DNA from: Candidatus Binatia bacterium
GTDB lineage: Bacteria > Patescibacteriota > Saccharimonadia > Saccharimonadales > UBA10212
Assembly (NCBI GenBank): GCA_035542755.1
Contig: DATKKU010000009.1
Coordinates: 1 to 39,959, forward strand
DNA length: 39,959 nt
Direction of reading: 5' to 3'
Shown: positions 16,179 to 24,430 of the stretch, one piece after another
Layout: the number at the start of each line of letters is the position of its first letter
Position numbering within the stretch: the stretch's first letter is position 1
Position numbers and translations under genes: made by a program
The notes under the pieces: model-generated
What the model was told of the DNA's origin: nothing
The model's input: the letters and a program-made list of their open reading frames with translations, nothing else
The model's database searches: none

Positions 16179-16746
16179 AATTACGCTCGTCGGCAGCCAG
16201 CCTTTGGTCGCGTAAATATATTTCGGAACCTTTAGCGGCCAACTCTTTGTCCTTTTTGATTACCCCATCTTTAAGATCAGCTTCGTATTTGAGATACGCT
16301 TCTCTTAGCTCTGGGTTGTGTATGGCTAGCAGTCTAGCGGCAAATAGACCGGCGTTGAAGGCTCCGGTTTCCCCTTGAAAAACGGCCAAAGGCTTGCCTT
16401 CCGGCATGCCAATCATTGAGCCCAGCGCCCGGTTTAGTGTGTCGGGGCTATTTGTCACTGCTACACCCAGAACAGGCACTATAGTCTCGGAGGCTACTAT
16501 GCCGGGCAAATGAGCCGAGCCGCCAGCTCCGGCAATAATTACTTCCAGGCCACGGCCTTCGGCCCTATCGGCATACCTGACAGCCCTGCCCAGCGTCCTA
16601 TGCACAGAAACGACTCTTTCTTCGTAGTGCACATTGCTCTCAAGCCCTACTGCCTGCAAGGCTTCTCCCGCACGACCCATAGTGGGCAGGTCGCTGTCTG
16701 AACCCATGATTATTCCAATTTTTAGGTGCTCTTTTGATTTACTCAT
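16171..16746 (-). CDS. purE: N5-carboxyaminoimidazole ribonucleotide mutase
   Basis: IGIIMGSDSDLPTM and AGAGGSAHLPGIVAS motifs. It is coupled to purK by a 4-nt overlap. Confidence 0.9.
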   Translation of the reverse strand: MSKSKEHLKIGIIMGSDSDLPTMGRAGEALQAVGLESNVHYEERVVSVHRTLGRAVRYADRAEGRGLEVIIAGAGGSAHLPGIVASETIVPVLGVAVTNSPDTLNRALGSMIGMPEGKPLAVFQGETGAFNAGLFAARLLAIHNPELREAYLKYEADLKDGVIKKDKELAAKGSEIYLRDQRLAADERNFG

Positions 16747-17885
16747 ATTGATAGTTCCTTTCTTGCTTCTATTGCTAATTCTATTGCTTTATCTGGTGAA
16801 CTTGCTCTAACGGTTATATGCCCCATTTTTCGGGCGGCTTTGGTCGGCGCCTTTCCGTAAACGTGCAGATGGGCGTCTTCTATGCCCAGTACCTCATGGC
16901 GACCGGTCAGGTTTACCGGTCCGTCTCGCTCTCCAAGAATATTTATCATAGCTGCCGCCGGAGCAAGCATTTCCGTGCTGCCAAGCGGCAGACCGGTAAT
17001 CGCTCGGACATGCTGTTCAAATTGTGAAGTTTTGCTGCCCTCAATCGTCCAGTGCCCAGAATTATGAACCCGCGGGGCAATTTCATTGACCAAAATTCTT
17101 CCGTCAGCGGTAAGAAACATTTCAACCGCAAAAACTCCGGCGCCATCCAGATAATATACTGAATCAAGGGCCAGAAGTTCGGCTTGTCTAGCTAGCTCGG
17201 ACTCTATCCTTGCTGGAGCCACCGCAATGTTGCATTGGCCGTCGCTCTGAATTGTTTCAATTGTCGGGTAAACCCGCATGTTATCCAACTTGTCGCGAGC
17301 CACCAAAACGGATAGCTCCTTATCAAAGTCAATTTTTTGCTCGGCATAAACCTGCGGCATGACATCAAAACGGGCTATTACTTTCGTCCAGTCTGGCTCA
17401 GACAGCTCTAGGTTGCCTCGGCCATCGTAACCACCAAAGCGGGATTTCACTATAACAGGACCCATCTCTTCTATAGCGCTTGCTAGATGAGCTGGTTCAC
17501 GGATATCACGGTAAGCAACTACTGGTATGCCGTGTTTCGACAGAAACTCTTTTTGGCTTAGTTTATCGTTGATAATTTCTAAGGAGCGGGGAGATGGCTG
17601 GATATCTCCGCCCAGCCCCAGGCTCTGCAGCTCCTTGAGCTTTCTGGAGCCTATGTGCTCAATTTCCCAGGTTGTGACTGCGGATTGCCGGACTAGCTGG
17701 TCCAGCGCTTCGTCGTCATGAAGTCCAGCCACTATTTGCTCGGCCCCAGCCTGGGCGGCGGGGCAGGGCGGCTCAGTCGGGTCTATCACTGTGACTTCAA
17801 AGCCCATGGGCTTGGCTGCATCGGTAAGCATCCTACCAAGCTGCCCACCTCCAACTATGCCAATTTGGTTCTCTCGCATTTGCAT
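16743..17885 (-). CDS. purK: N5-carboxyaminoimidazole ribonucleotide synthase (ATP-grasp)
   Basis: IGIVGGGQLGRML at the N-terminus with ATP-grasp body motifs. It is the first gene of the purK-purE-purM operon. Confidence 0.9.
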   Translation of the reverse strand: MQMRENQIGIVGGGQLGRMLTDAAKPMGFEVTVIDPTEPPCPAAQAGAEQIVAGLHDDEALDQLVRQSAVTTWEIEHIGSRKLKELQSLGLGGDIQPSPRSLEIINDKLSQKEFLSKHGIPVVAYRDIREPAHLASAIEEMGPVIVKSRFGGYDGRGNLELSEPDWTKVIARFDVMPQVYAEQKIDFDKELSVLVARDKLDNMRVYPTIETIQSDGQCNIAVAPARIESELARQAELLALDSVYYLDGAGVFAVEMFLTADGRILVNEIAPRVHNSGHWTIEGSKTSQFEQHVRAITGLPLGSTEMLAPAAAMINILGERDGPVNLTGRHEVLGIEDAHLHVYGKAPTKAARKMGHITVRASSPDKAIELAIEARKELSI

Positions 17886-17896
17886 TTATTCTGTTG

Positions 17897-17920
17897 ATGC
17901 TGGCAAGATTTTGCAAGCAT
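17897..17920. promoter_or_regulatory. 24-bp imperfect palindrome in the divergent purK / hypothetical-gene control region (candidate operator)
   Basis: ATGCTGGCAAGA|TTTTGCAAGCAT, with 20 of 24 positions symmetric. Core is GCAA-N4-TTGC. Confidence 0.3.
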
Positions 17921-17971
17921 GAGCCCGTTGAATATGTTCAGCTTATACTTGATATCTAATGTGTTATGTTG

Positions 17972-17977
17972 CATAAT
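17972..17977 (+). promoter_or_regulatory. -10 box (CATAAT) placed for a leaderless transcript
   Basis: It ends 6 nt before the ATG at 17984. Confidence 0.4.
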
Positions 17978-17983
17978 ATTTAC

Positions 17984-18340
17984 ATGAGAGTTAACGAACA
18001 GGCGCAGTTTTGCGACAGCTGTCCTCTAAAAAATTTATGCGATGGGCCTATCGCTGAGGCTAGCCAGCATAATGTTGACGCTGGGCTCTTTTCTATTAGC
18101 GACGACGCGACGGGTGTAGATGTTAGTTTAGCCACCCGTTTTTTTGACGCCGAAGGCCACGAGGCAGATTTTTTTCCACCCCATACCACGCTAGATGATG
18201 TTGCCAACTGTACTGGCCAGGCGGTTGATTACAAAACCGGCTTTTTGCGGCATAAATCAGTGCGAAACTGCGGCGCGTTTGTGGTATCGGTACATAGGTT
18301 TAGAGAATCCATTTGGGGCTCACCCGAACCTAGAAGGTAA
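17984..18340 (+). CDS. hypothetical protein (Cys-containing N-terminus FCDSCPLKNLC)
   Basis: The listed ORF 17966..18340 is trimmed to ATG 17984 because of the -10 box spacing. No family was recognised. Confidence 0.4.
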   Translation: MRVNEQAQFCDSCPLKNLCDGPIAEASQHNVDAGLFSISDDATGVDVSLATRFFDAEGHEADFFPPHTTLDDVANCTGQAVDYKTGFLRHKSVRNCGAFVVSVHRFRESIWGSPEPRR

Positions 18341-18357
18341 CTGCGAATTATTAAAGC

Positions 18358-19311
18358 TTAGTTCAGATGAAAGGTCTGCAAGGTCGGCGTGGTAATTTGC
18401 TGCATCAGGGAAGAAACTCTGCCTTTATCATAGCTGGCAAGGCTCTCGGTGTAGATGGATATGACTATGGCGTTGGTGGAGTTAGTGATAATGGCGGCAT
18501 CGTTTAGACTTGATAGGTACTCGCCGGCTTTATGGTACACCGTGTCGGTGGTTGGCACGGCCGGGATGATTAAATCTCGGTAGTTGGCCCGCTCCATGTA
18601 CGAAAGCAGCAGTTGGGTGTTGGATTCGTTAATCAACTTTCGCCCGTATAAATCACCCAGCAAATTCGTGGTGTCGCCGGCGCTCAGCGTATTGTTTACG
18701 TAGTCGTAGCTATTTATGCCGATGCTTACGGCATAATCTTGCATCTGCGGGTAGCCCAGGTCCTCGTTTAGTACGTGCCAGGCATCGTTATCACTAACTA
18801 CAATCATCTGCTCCATGTCATATTGGGCGGTGTTGCCATCTACCATAACCGTGCTAAGACTTTTGTTGCCCAGCTCAACCTGTTTAAGATAGTCAACAGC
18901 GGTCAGGACCTTAGCTACGCTGGCGGCAGTCATTGGCGCCTGGTTGCCGTAATTATAAATTGTGCCGGTGTTGAGATCTTTTATTGAGATGCCAAAAGTA
19001 ATATCTCCATTACTGCTCATTATGGAGTTTATTTGGCTGTCTAGGCTGGTCGTATCAATCGGCGCCTGGCTGTTTTTTTGGACTAGCTCCCGGAGCTTGC
19101 CACTGTCAACGCTATCAGCACCCAGTGAGTCCTTAGGCGCATCTGCGGGATTGTTCTTCGGGGCGTCAGAAACCGATGTCGTTTCATCGGGTGTTAGGAG
19201 TCGGCTGGCATCGCCGCTATTGCCAATAGCCAGTACCACAACAACCCCAAGAATTATTAAGCCAAATAGTACAAGGTGGTGTCTTTTATACCAAGGCTCG
19301 GGTTCTGGCAT
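18358..19311 (-). CDS. membrane-anchored class A beta-lactamase-like serine hydrolase
   Basis: N-terminal TM helix, SxxK (ASVAKV), SDN (VVSDND) and KTG-like (HKAGE) motifs. Confidence 0.7.
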   Translation of the reverse strand: MPEPEPWYKRHHLVLFGLIILGVVVVLAIGNSGDASRLLTPDETTSVSDAPKNNPADAPKDSLGADSVDSGKLRELVQKNSQAPIDTTSLDSQINSIMSSNGDITFGISIKDLNTGTIYNYGNQAPMTAASVAKVLTAVDYLKQVELGNKSLSTVMVDGNTAQYDMEQMIVVSDNDAWHVLNEDLGYPQMQDYAVSIGINSYDYVNNTLSAGDTTNLLGDLYGRKLINESNTQLLLSYMERANYRDLIIPAVPTTDTVYHKAGEYLSSLNDAAIITNSTNAIVISIYTESLASYDKGRVSSLMQQITTPTLQTFHLN

Positions 19312-19389
19312 AGCGGCGGGCCTCTTTTCTTTACTTAAATGTACGCCAGCGCGACGAAAAACACCAACTATGATTCAGCTTTTAAAAAA

Positions 19390-20070
19390 CTACGACCAGG
19401 CTAGAGATGCCAGGACTATGGCTGCGCCGTTTATAAACCAATGGACCGCGATTGCCGGGACTAAACTGTCGCTTTGGTAGCGTAGAAGATACAGGGCAGC
19501 ACCCGCCGCGCTGGTTACCATAAATATGGCCCCCACAATTAGCAGATTTGAATAGTGGCCTGCCGTTATATTCCCGCTTTTTGGCGTCGTTGAAATATGC
19601 CAAAGCCCGAACAATATGGACGAAACAACCAATATAACCCAGGGCCTGCTGCCCAAATCTTTTAGCAGCGCCGGCATAACTCCCCTAAAGACAAGTTCTT
19701 CAAATATGACTACCTTTAGCGGCAAGATAAAAAGGGAAGCTAGCAGAGCCGGCCCCAAAGCCTGGTTATAGCGAGTATCCCTAAATAGACTTTGGTTTAT
19801 AAAATAAGCAATAACTAGGGCCACGAAGCTTACCGCAATGGCCACCAGGGCATACTTTAGGCCAATTCCAATTCGTGACCGCGACAAGCCAATGTCGCCC
19901 AGCGATAGTCCGCCAATTCTATATACAAAAAATAGACCTCCGAAGCCAAACAGTTGCCAGCCCCACCTCGCCCATCCGCTACTGCGGGCAAACGCCAAGT
20001 TGCAAACGACAAGCATTAATATAAGCAAGCCTAACGAAAGCACCGTGTTGTCTTTGAGTACAACATTCAT
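19390..20070 (-). CDS. CPBP family intramembrane glutamic endopeptidase (CAAX protease-like)
   Basis: FEELVFRG, LFGLWH and AVHWFIN motifs in a polytopic protein. Confidence 0.85.
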   Translation of the reverse strand: MNVVLKDNTVLSLGLLILMLVVCNLAFARSSGWARWGWQLFGFGGLFFVYRIGGLSLGDIGLSRSRIGIGLKYALVAIAVSFVALVIAYFINQSLFRDTRYNQALGPALLASLFILPLKVVIFEELVFRGVMPALLKDLGSRPWVILVVSSILFGLWHISTTPKSGNITAGHYSNLLIVGAIFMVTSAAGAALYLLRYQSDSLVPAIAVHWFINGAAIVLASLAWS

Positions 20071-20072
20071 TG

Positions 20073-21731
20073 CTACTGGCTTAGTACGGCTTTAAGGGCT
20101 TCGGTTTTGGCTGCAGTCCAGCCGTCCGGTGGCGCTACATAACTCCAAGCATCAGTTGGCAGCTTGCCGTATTTATGACCGTGGCCATCGGGCACACCGG
20201 TAGAAAAGACCATGTCGCCGGACACTTCCCAGAAAGTAATTATCGGCAGCCAACGCGTGTCCGAGCTTACGTCGGCACCGCGCGGCTCCTTAAGCCAATC
20301 CGGCTCGTGGAAGAGCAGGGACGGGGACCACCAGACGATTGGGTCAGAGGCGTTTTCTAAATAGGCAGCTTTAGGATAACCCCAAGGCTGGTTTGGATTA
20401 TTAAAATCTTTGGGCACGTTGGCAAACCTCACTGTTTGGCCGTTTTGGTAAATCGGAAGAATTTCTGGCGAGCCGGCGTCGCGGTTAGCAGTAGCTGTTT
20501 TTCTCAAAATATTGAAATTGGGCGGCCCGGCCCAGACCGCACCGTCGGATGTGGCCCTAAAAGTAGCTTCGTTGGCAAAGGCCGCCTCGCCGCCGTAGCT
20601 GCCCAGGCTCTCGCCAAAAACGACCACTTTGGGGCGCTCGGCTTTGGGGATATTCAGCGCTTCGTTATAAACAGCGTTGTACAGCGCATTGCCGGCGTCC
20701 TTAGCTTTTTGCTGGTCAACCAAAAACGATAATGAGCTGGGCAGGTAAGAGTACTGCATAGATACCACGGCATCGTCGCCGTTATACATGTATTCAATTG
20801 GCTGCACACCTTCTTCATCCACCCAACCGGTTCCGGTGGTAGTTACAACCACGATAATTTTTCGGTTAAAGCCACCGGCTCGTTTTAGGTCGGCGACAGC
20901 CAGGTTGGCGCGGTCTTTGATAGATGAAGATGATTCCAGCCCGGAATAAATCCTAATCGGCTGCATAGCCGGCGTCTGATTAAAGGCGCTTAACTGTTTT
21001 GTCGTCGGAGCTCTGCCTATAAAATTTCGGCCTTGGCGGCCAAGCGTGTCCCAGCGGATAAGAGATTGACTGCTGCCGCTTAAGTGGGAATCGGTTGGCT
21101 GGACGATGCCCTCGTCTGTCGTCCCGTTACGGACGCTGTAGGCTTCGTTTAGCAGGCTCATGGCGCCCGATAGGATTACTCCGTTTAAAATGCCCAGCAC
21201 AATCAGCACGGTTAAGACCCAGGCGCCGGTGTAAGCAATGGGCTTAGGGATGTGCTTACTAACCAGTTTTTTGAGCCAGCGGTACAGGCTGTCTATACTG
21301 CGGGCAATAAGTAGAATAAATGCCGTCACTAGTAGCCCCACGACCGTGATGCCCGGCAGCGAGAGGGCGTTTTCTGAGGGTTCGTCAACAAGAGTCCGAA
21401 CCTGGTTTTGCCAGTTGTGACCCAAGACTACCGCAATTACATAAAGCGCCAGAAGGGCAAAAAATGTGTACTTTTTTATCTGATGACGTTTTACAGCCTT
21501 TGGCTCACTGGGGCCAAACTTTCTAATAAAGTGGCTAATTATCAGCCCAATTGCGTAACCAAAGCAGAACAAAACTGCGCTAAGCACACCCTGCAGAACC
21601 ATTCCGCGCGGCAGCAGGGAAGGCATAAAGCTAAGGTAAACAAAAATGGCACCGACTATAGTGCCAAGAAAATTATAGGAATTAAAATAGCTGGTAAACC
21701 CGGACCATATTCGCTTAGTGGGCTGCTTCAA
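20073..21731 (-). CDS. membrane-anchored alpha/beta hydrolase (Abhydrolase_9-like architecture)
   Basis: 552 aa with an N-terminal multi-TM domain and a C-terminal hydrolase domain carrying FGESLGS (GxSxG). Confidence 0.6.
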   Translation of the reverse strand: MKQPTKRIWSGFTSYFNSYNFLGTIVGAIFVYLSFMPSLLPRGMVLQGVLSAVLFCFGYAIGLIISHFIRKFGPSEPKAVKRHQIKKYTFFALLALYVIAVVLGHNWQNQVRTLVDEPSENALSLPGITVVGLLVTAFILLIARSIDSLYRWLKKLVSKHIPKPIAYTGAWVLTVLIVLGILNGVILSGAMSLLNEAYSVRNGTTDEGIVQPTDSHLSGSSQSLIRWDTLGRQGRNFIGRAPTTKQLSAFNQTPAMQPIRIYSGLESSSSIKDRANLAVADLKRAGGFNRKIIVVVTTTGTGWVDEEGVQPIEYMYNGDDAVVSMQYSYLPSSLSFLVDQQKAKDAGNALYNAVYNEALNIPKAERPKVVVFGESLGSYGGEAAFANEATFRATSDGAVWAGPPNFNILRKTATANRDAGSPEILPIYQNGQTVRFANVPKDFNNPNQPWGYPKAAYLENASDPIVWWSPSLLFHEPDWLKEPRGADVSSDTRWLPIITFWEVSGDMVFSTGVPDGHGHKYGKLPTDAWSYVAPPDGWTAAKTEALKAVLSQ

Positions 21732-21842
21732 CTAGACTCCCTTTGCACTCATAATACACCACTTTTCATATGCCGTAGCCACTTGCATTTTGGGGCGTGG
21801 CAAACCATACCGGCTTGAGGTCTTTTGGCGTGTTATTTGGAT

Positions 21843-21848
21843 TATAAT
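21843..21848 (+). promoter_or_regulatory. -10 box (TATAAT) placed for a leaderless transcript
   Basis: It ends 6 nt before the ATG at 21855. Confidence 0.45.
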
Positions 21849-21854
21849 GTGGTT

Positions 21855-22034
21855 ATGAATAAGAAACACCCCTACTACATTTACGTTGTTGGTGTCTTTT
21901 TAGCCTGGGCAGTTGTTCTGCTAGTGGCCTGGCAAACAATTAGCGCCAGCCGGTTTCACAATGTACTTATTTTTGGCTCGGGATTTTTGCTGGGAGTTCT
22001 GGCCGCCAGTCTGGCGCGCAAGGTTTTTAAATAG
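21855..22034 (+). CDS. small membrane protein (59 aa, 2 TM)
   Basis: MNKKHPYYIYVVGVFLAWAVVLLVAW...FLLGVLAASLARKVFK. Trimmed from listed ORF 21825..22034. Confidence 0.5.
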   Translation: MNKKHPYYIYVVGVFLAWAVVLLVAWQTISASRFHNVLIFGSGFLLGVLAASLARKVFK

Positions 22035-22039
22035 CTCGG

Positions 22040-22216
22040 ATGGGAAGAAATATAACGTTGATATTTTACGTCGTGCTTATAGTGGTTGTCATAGTTGCCG
22101 CGGACTTGCTTTTTTTCAGGCACCACTTCCGCGAACGGCTAATAGCGAATGTAACTATTGTGCTGGTTTTTATCGTCTTTTATTTAATGCTTCTGAAACA
22201 TAAAAAGAATACTTGA
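22040..22216 (+). CDS. small membrane protein (58 aa, 2 TM), below the ORF-track cutoff
   Basis: Hand translation: MGRNITLIFYVVLIVVVIVAADLLFFRHHFRERLIANVTIVLVFIVFYLMLLKHKKNT-stop. The start lies 5 nt after the preceding stop. Confidence 0.45.
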   Translation: MGRNITLIFYVVLIVVVIVAADLLFFRHHFRERLIANVTIVLVFIVFYLMLLKHKKNT

Positions 22217-22229
22217 TACTACTTAGACA

Positions 22230-22247
22230 TGGCTGGGACGGTAGGAT
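22230..22247 (-). repeat. 18-nt duplicate of the 3' end of tRNA-Gln (att-like direct repeat)
   Basis: tggctgggacggtaggat is identical to 22412-22429 (tRNA positions 58-75 including CCA) and in the same orientation. Confidence 0.9.
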
Positions 22248-22411
22248 AGCGCACTTCGTACTTTTCCGCTCAGCCATGCTCTAAACTAAGAGGTAGTTTC
22301 TGTGCATGGCTTCGCTTCACCGAACCCTCCGCTCGCTTACGCTCACTAGACGGTTCTCATCCTATGTCTCAAACAGTTTCAAGCATAGGACTAAAGCCCT
22401 ATTTCTGAAAC

Positions 22412-22486
22412 TGGCTGGGACGGTAGGATTCGAACCTACGAATGCTGGTACCAAAAACCAGTGCCTTACCACTTGGCGACGTCCCA
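22412..22486 (-). tRNA. tRNA-Gln (anticodon UUG), CCA encoded
   Basis: Hand-folded cloverleaf with a 7-bp acceptor stem (UGGGACG/CGUCCCA) and a 3-bp D stem. The anticodon stem is CUGGU/ACCAG with loop UUUUGGU. It also has a T arm GUAGG-UUCGAAU-CCUAC and discriminator G. Confidence 0.95.
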
Positions 22487-22573
22487 CCGGCGAACCATAA
22501 AATTATAGCCTGCCAAGAAGTTATAATCTAGGATTATTGCTAAGTTATCCTAAAAGACATAAAGTTTTTATGT

Positions 22574-23269
22574 ATGGATCTTCAGCTGGTGGCTAACTTT
22601 TTGCTGATAACACTCCTGGGGGTGCTGATTGCTTTCAGCCCCATGATAGTCATTCTCAACCTGGTTGTGGTGCTAAAATCGGCCCGGCCGGTAAGAAACT
22701 GCCTAATCCTGATTGCCGGTGTGGCGACACCGCTAATTTTGGTGGCGCTTTTGGCGTTGGCGTTAATTGACCCAAGCCAGGAGATTTCGCTGCGCGGCAT
22801 AGGTGAGAAAATATCTCTCCCAGCCGGCATCAATTTGCTGTTTGGCTTCTGGCTGCTGTTTGTAGCCTTTAAGCGACTCAGCCAAAGGCACGTGGCACCG
22901 AAGCCTTCCAACTTACTCAAAATGCCCACTTCTGTACCGGAAAAGCCGTCAGCGCTTTTTATATTCGCGTTCATAAAGTCCACTCTAAGTGTCACTAACC
23001 TATTCGCCATCTTTGTGGTTGCCAAGGTTTTGATAACCAGCCACTCTCCCAGCATCGTCGGCTTTTTTGCATTTCTGTGGGTGCTTTTGATAGGTATAAT
23101 GCCGTTTTTGACAACGCTCTACCTTTACTTTTTCAAGAAGCAAAGCCTTGACCAGCTAAGTAAGCGCACCGAGGCCCTGCTGGCCATTAATATTCAGCGA
23201 ACTCTGACAATAGTGCTGTTCGTGGTTGGCGCCGGCTTTACAATAAACGGACTTGTTAAGATTTTTTAA
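22574..23269 (+). CDS. polytopic membrane protein (LysE/GAP-like topology, function unassigned)
   Basis: 231 aa with about 6 hydrophobic helices. Confidence 0.5.
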   Translation: MDLQLVANFLLITLLGVLIAFSPMIVILNLVVVLKSARPVRNCLILIAGVATPLILVALLALALIDPSQEISLRGIGEKISLPAGINLLFGFWLLFVAFKRLSQRHVAPKPSNLLKMPTSVPEKPSALFIFAFIKSTLSVTNLFAIFVVAKVLITSHSPSIVGFFAFLWVLLIGIMPFLTTLYLYFFKKQSLDQLSKRTEALLAINIQRTLTIVLFVVGAGFTINGLVKIF

Positions 23270-23305
23270 CTGAATGTGGGCTATAATCACCTTAAGGAAA
23301 GATAA

Positions 23306-24364
23306 GTGAGATTTGATAAGCGAAGCTACCGAAACCTAGTAATTGCCGTTGGCATAGCCCTAGTTTTTGGCGCCTATTTTCTGCGTAATTACATTCCGGT
23401 AATATTGCTGTCGGCCATCATTGCCTTTATCTTCAGCCCTTTGTACCAGCGGTTTCTGCGCCGCTACAAGCGCCCGGGCATATCAGCCACGCTAACTTTT
23501 TTGGTCAGCCTGATAGTTATAATCATCCCGCTGGTACTTATATGCATACTCACCGTCATTCAAATCCGGCAGCTGCTTGATTCGTTAGCCAATAATCCGA
23601 GCGTCCAGGCGGGTAATGCTGCCCAGTCACTGCTAAATACCATCAATAGCATCCTGGCGCACATTCCGGGGACTCATCCGCTGACCATGACAGACGTTTC
23701 TACGGCTATCAATAACGCTCTAACCAACGCCGCCAGCAAACTTTTGGACATTATAACCTCGTCGGTTGGCAGCATTTCCCGGTTTATAACCGAACTGATT
23801 ATCTATATATACCTGTTTGTTAACATCTTAATGCACCAAGAAACGCTGCTTAAAGCCATCAAGGGGCTAAACCCTCTGGGCTCAGAAATGAGCGACATGT
23901 ACCTTCAGAAAATGGGCAGCATGACTACCGCCATGGCCAAAGGCCAATTTATTATCGCTGCCATGCAGGGAACGGAAAGCGCCGCTGTGCTTTACCTGGT
24001 TGGCTTCCACAATTTATTCCTATTTTTCCTAATCTTCCTGAGCTTCCTGTCGCTTATTCCGCTGGGGGCTGGCATTGTAACTATTCCAATCGGCATAGGT
24101 TTAATCTTGACCGGGAATATTTGGCAGGGAGTAGTGGTCATTGCTAACCACTTATTGATAGTGACTAATATTGATAATGTAGTGCGCCCGCGGCTGGTGC
24201 CCAAAAATGCCAGCTTAAACTCGGCGCTAACTATCTTGAGTGTTTTTGCGGGTGTAGCTATGTTTGGCTTTTTGGGCATAATTATTGGCCCGGTAATAAT
24301 GATTGTTATAGTCTCCACTATTCAGGTGTATCTAGCTGCCAGAGAGCCTTACGAAGCGTCATAA
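23306..24364 (+). CDS. AI-2E family transporter (second copy in window)
   Basis: 352 aa with a GTG start, SD aaggaaag and TATAAT upstream. The topology is like that of 7336-8403. Confidence 0.75.
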   Translation: MRFDKRSYRNLVIAVGIALVFGAYFLRNYIPVILLSAIIAFIFSPLYQRFLRRYKRPGISATLTFLVSLIVIIIPLVLICILTVIQIRQLLDSLANNPSVQAGNAAQSLLNTINSILAHIPGTHPLTMTDVSTAINNALTNAASKLLDIITSSVGSISRFITELIIYIYLFVNILMHQETLLKAIKGLNPLGSEMSDMYLQKMGSMTTAMAKGQFIIAAMQGTESAAVLYLVGFHNLFLFFLIFLSFLSLIPLGAGIVTIPIGIGLILTGNIWQGVVVIANHLLIVTNIDNVVRPRLVPKNASLNSALTILSVFAGVAMFGFLGIIIGPVIMIVIVSTIQVYLAAREPYEAS

Positions 24365-24430
24365 TATACCAATTAGCTGACTAAAGACCAACTTAGTGGT
24401 ATGATAGGCTCAAGGATTAAGTGAGGTCTG

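Noticed and set aside
17886-17965. Purine riboswitch upstream of purK
   Set aside because: The leader is only about 80 nt and lacks the conserved guanine/adenine riboswitch junction sequences. Only a palindrome is present.
21408-21818. 136-aa plus-strand ORF, and ORFs 21961..22203 and 22306..22500
   Set aside because: The first is antisense to the well-supported hydrolase gene. The second crosses two better small membrane ORFs in another frame. The third overlaps the tRNA-Gln gene antisense.
22300-22380. Apparent sequence resemblance between three intergenic segments (4843-4935, 22300-22380, 39600-39720), suggesting a dispersed repeat family
   Set aside because: The matches are short and degenerate (motifs like cgcttcg, gcgttcac/gcgttcaa, ctagac). 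By eye I cannot separate them from chance. This needs a real alignment or genome-wide search.
22230-22486. An active integrative element at tRNA-Gln
   Set aside because: The repeat-flanked segment is only 164 bp, and no integrase or excisionase gene is present in the window. It is kept only as a scar or miniature-element hypothesis.
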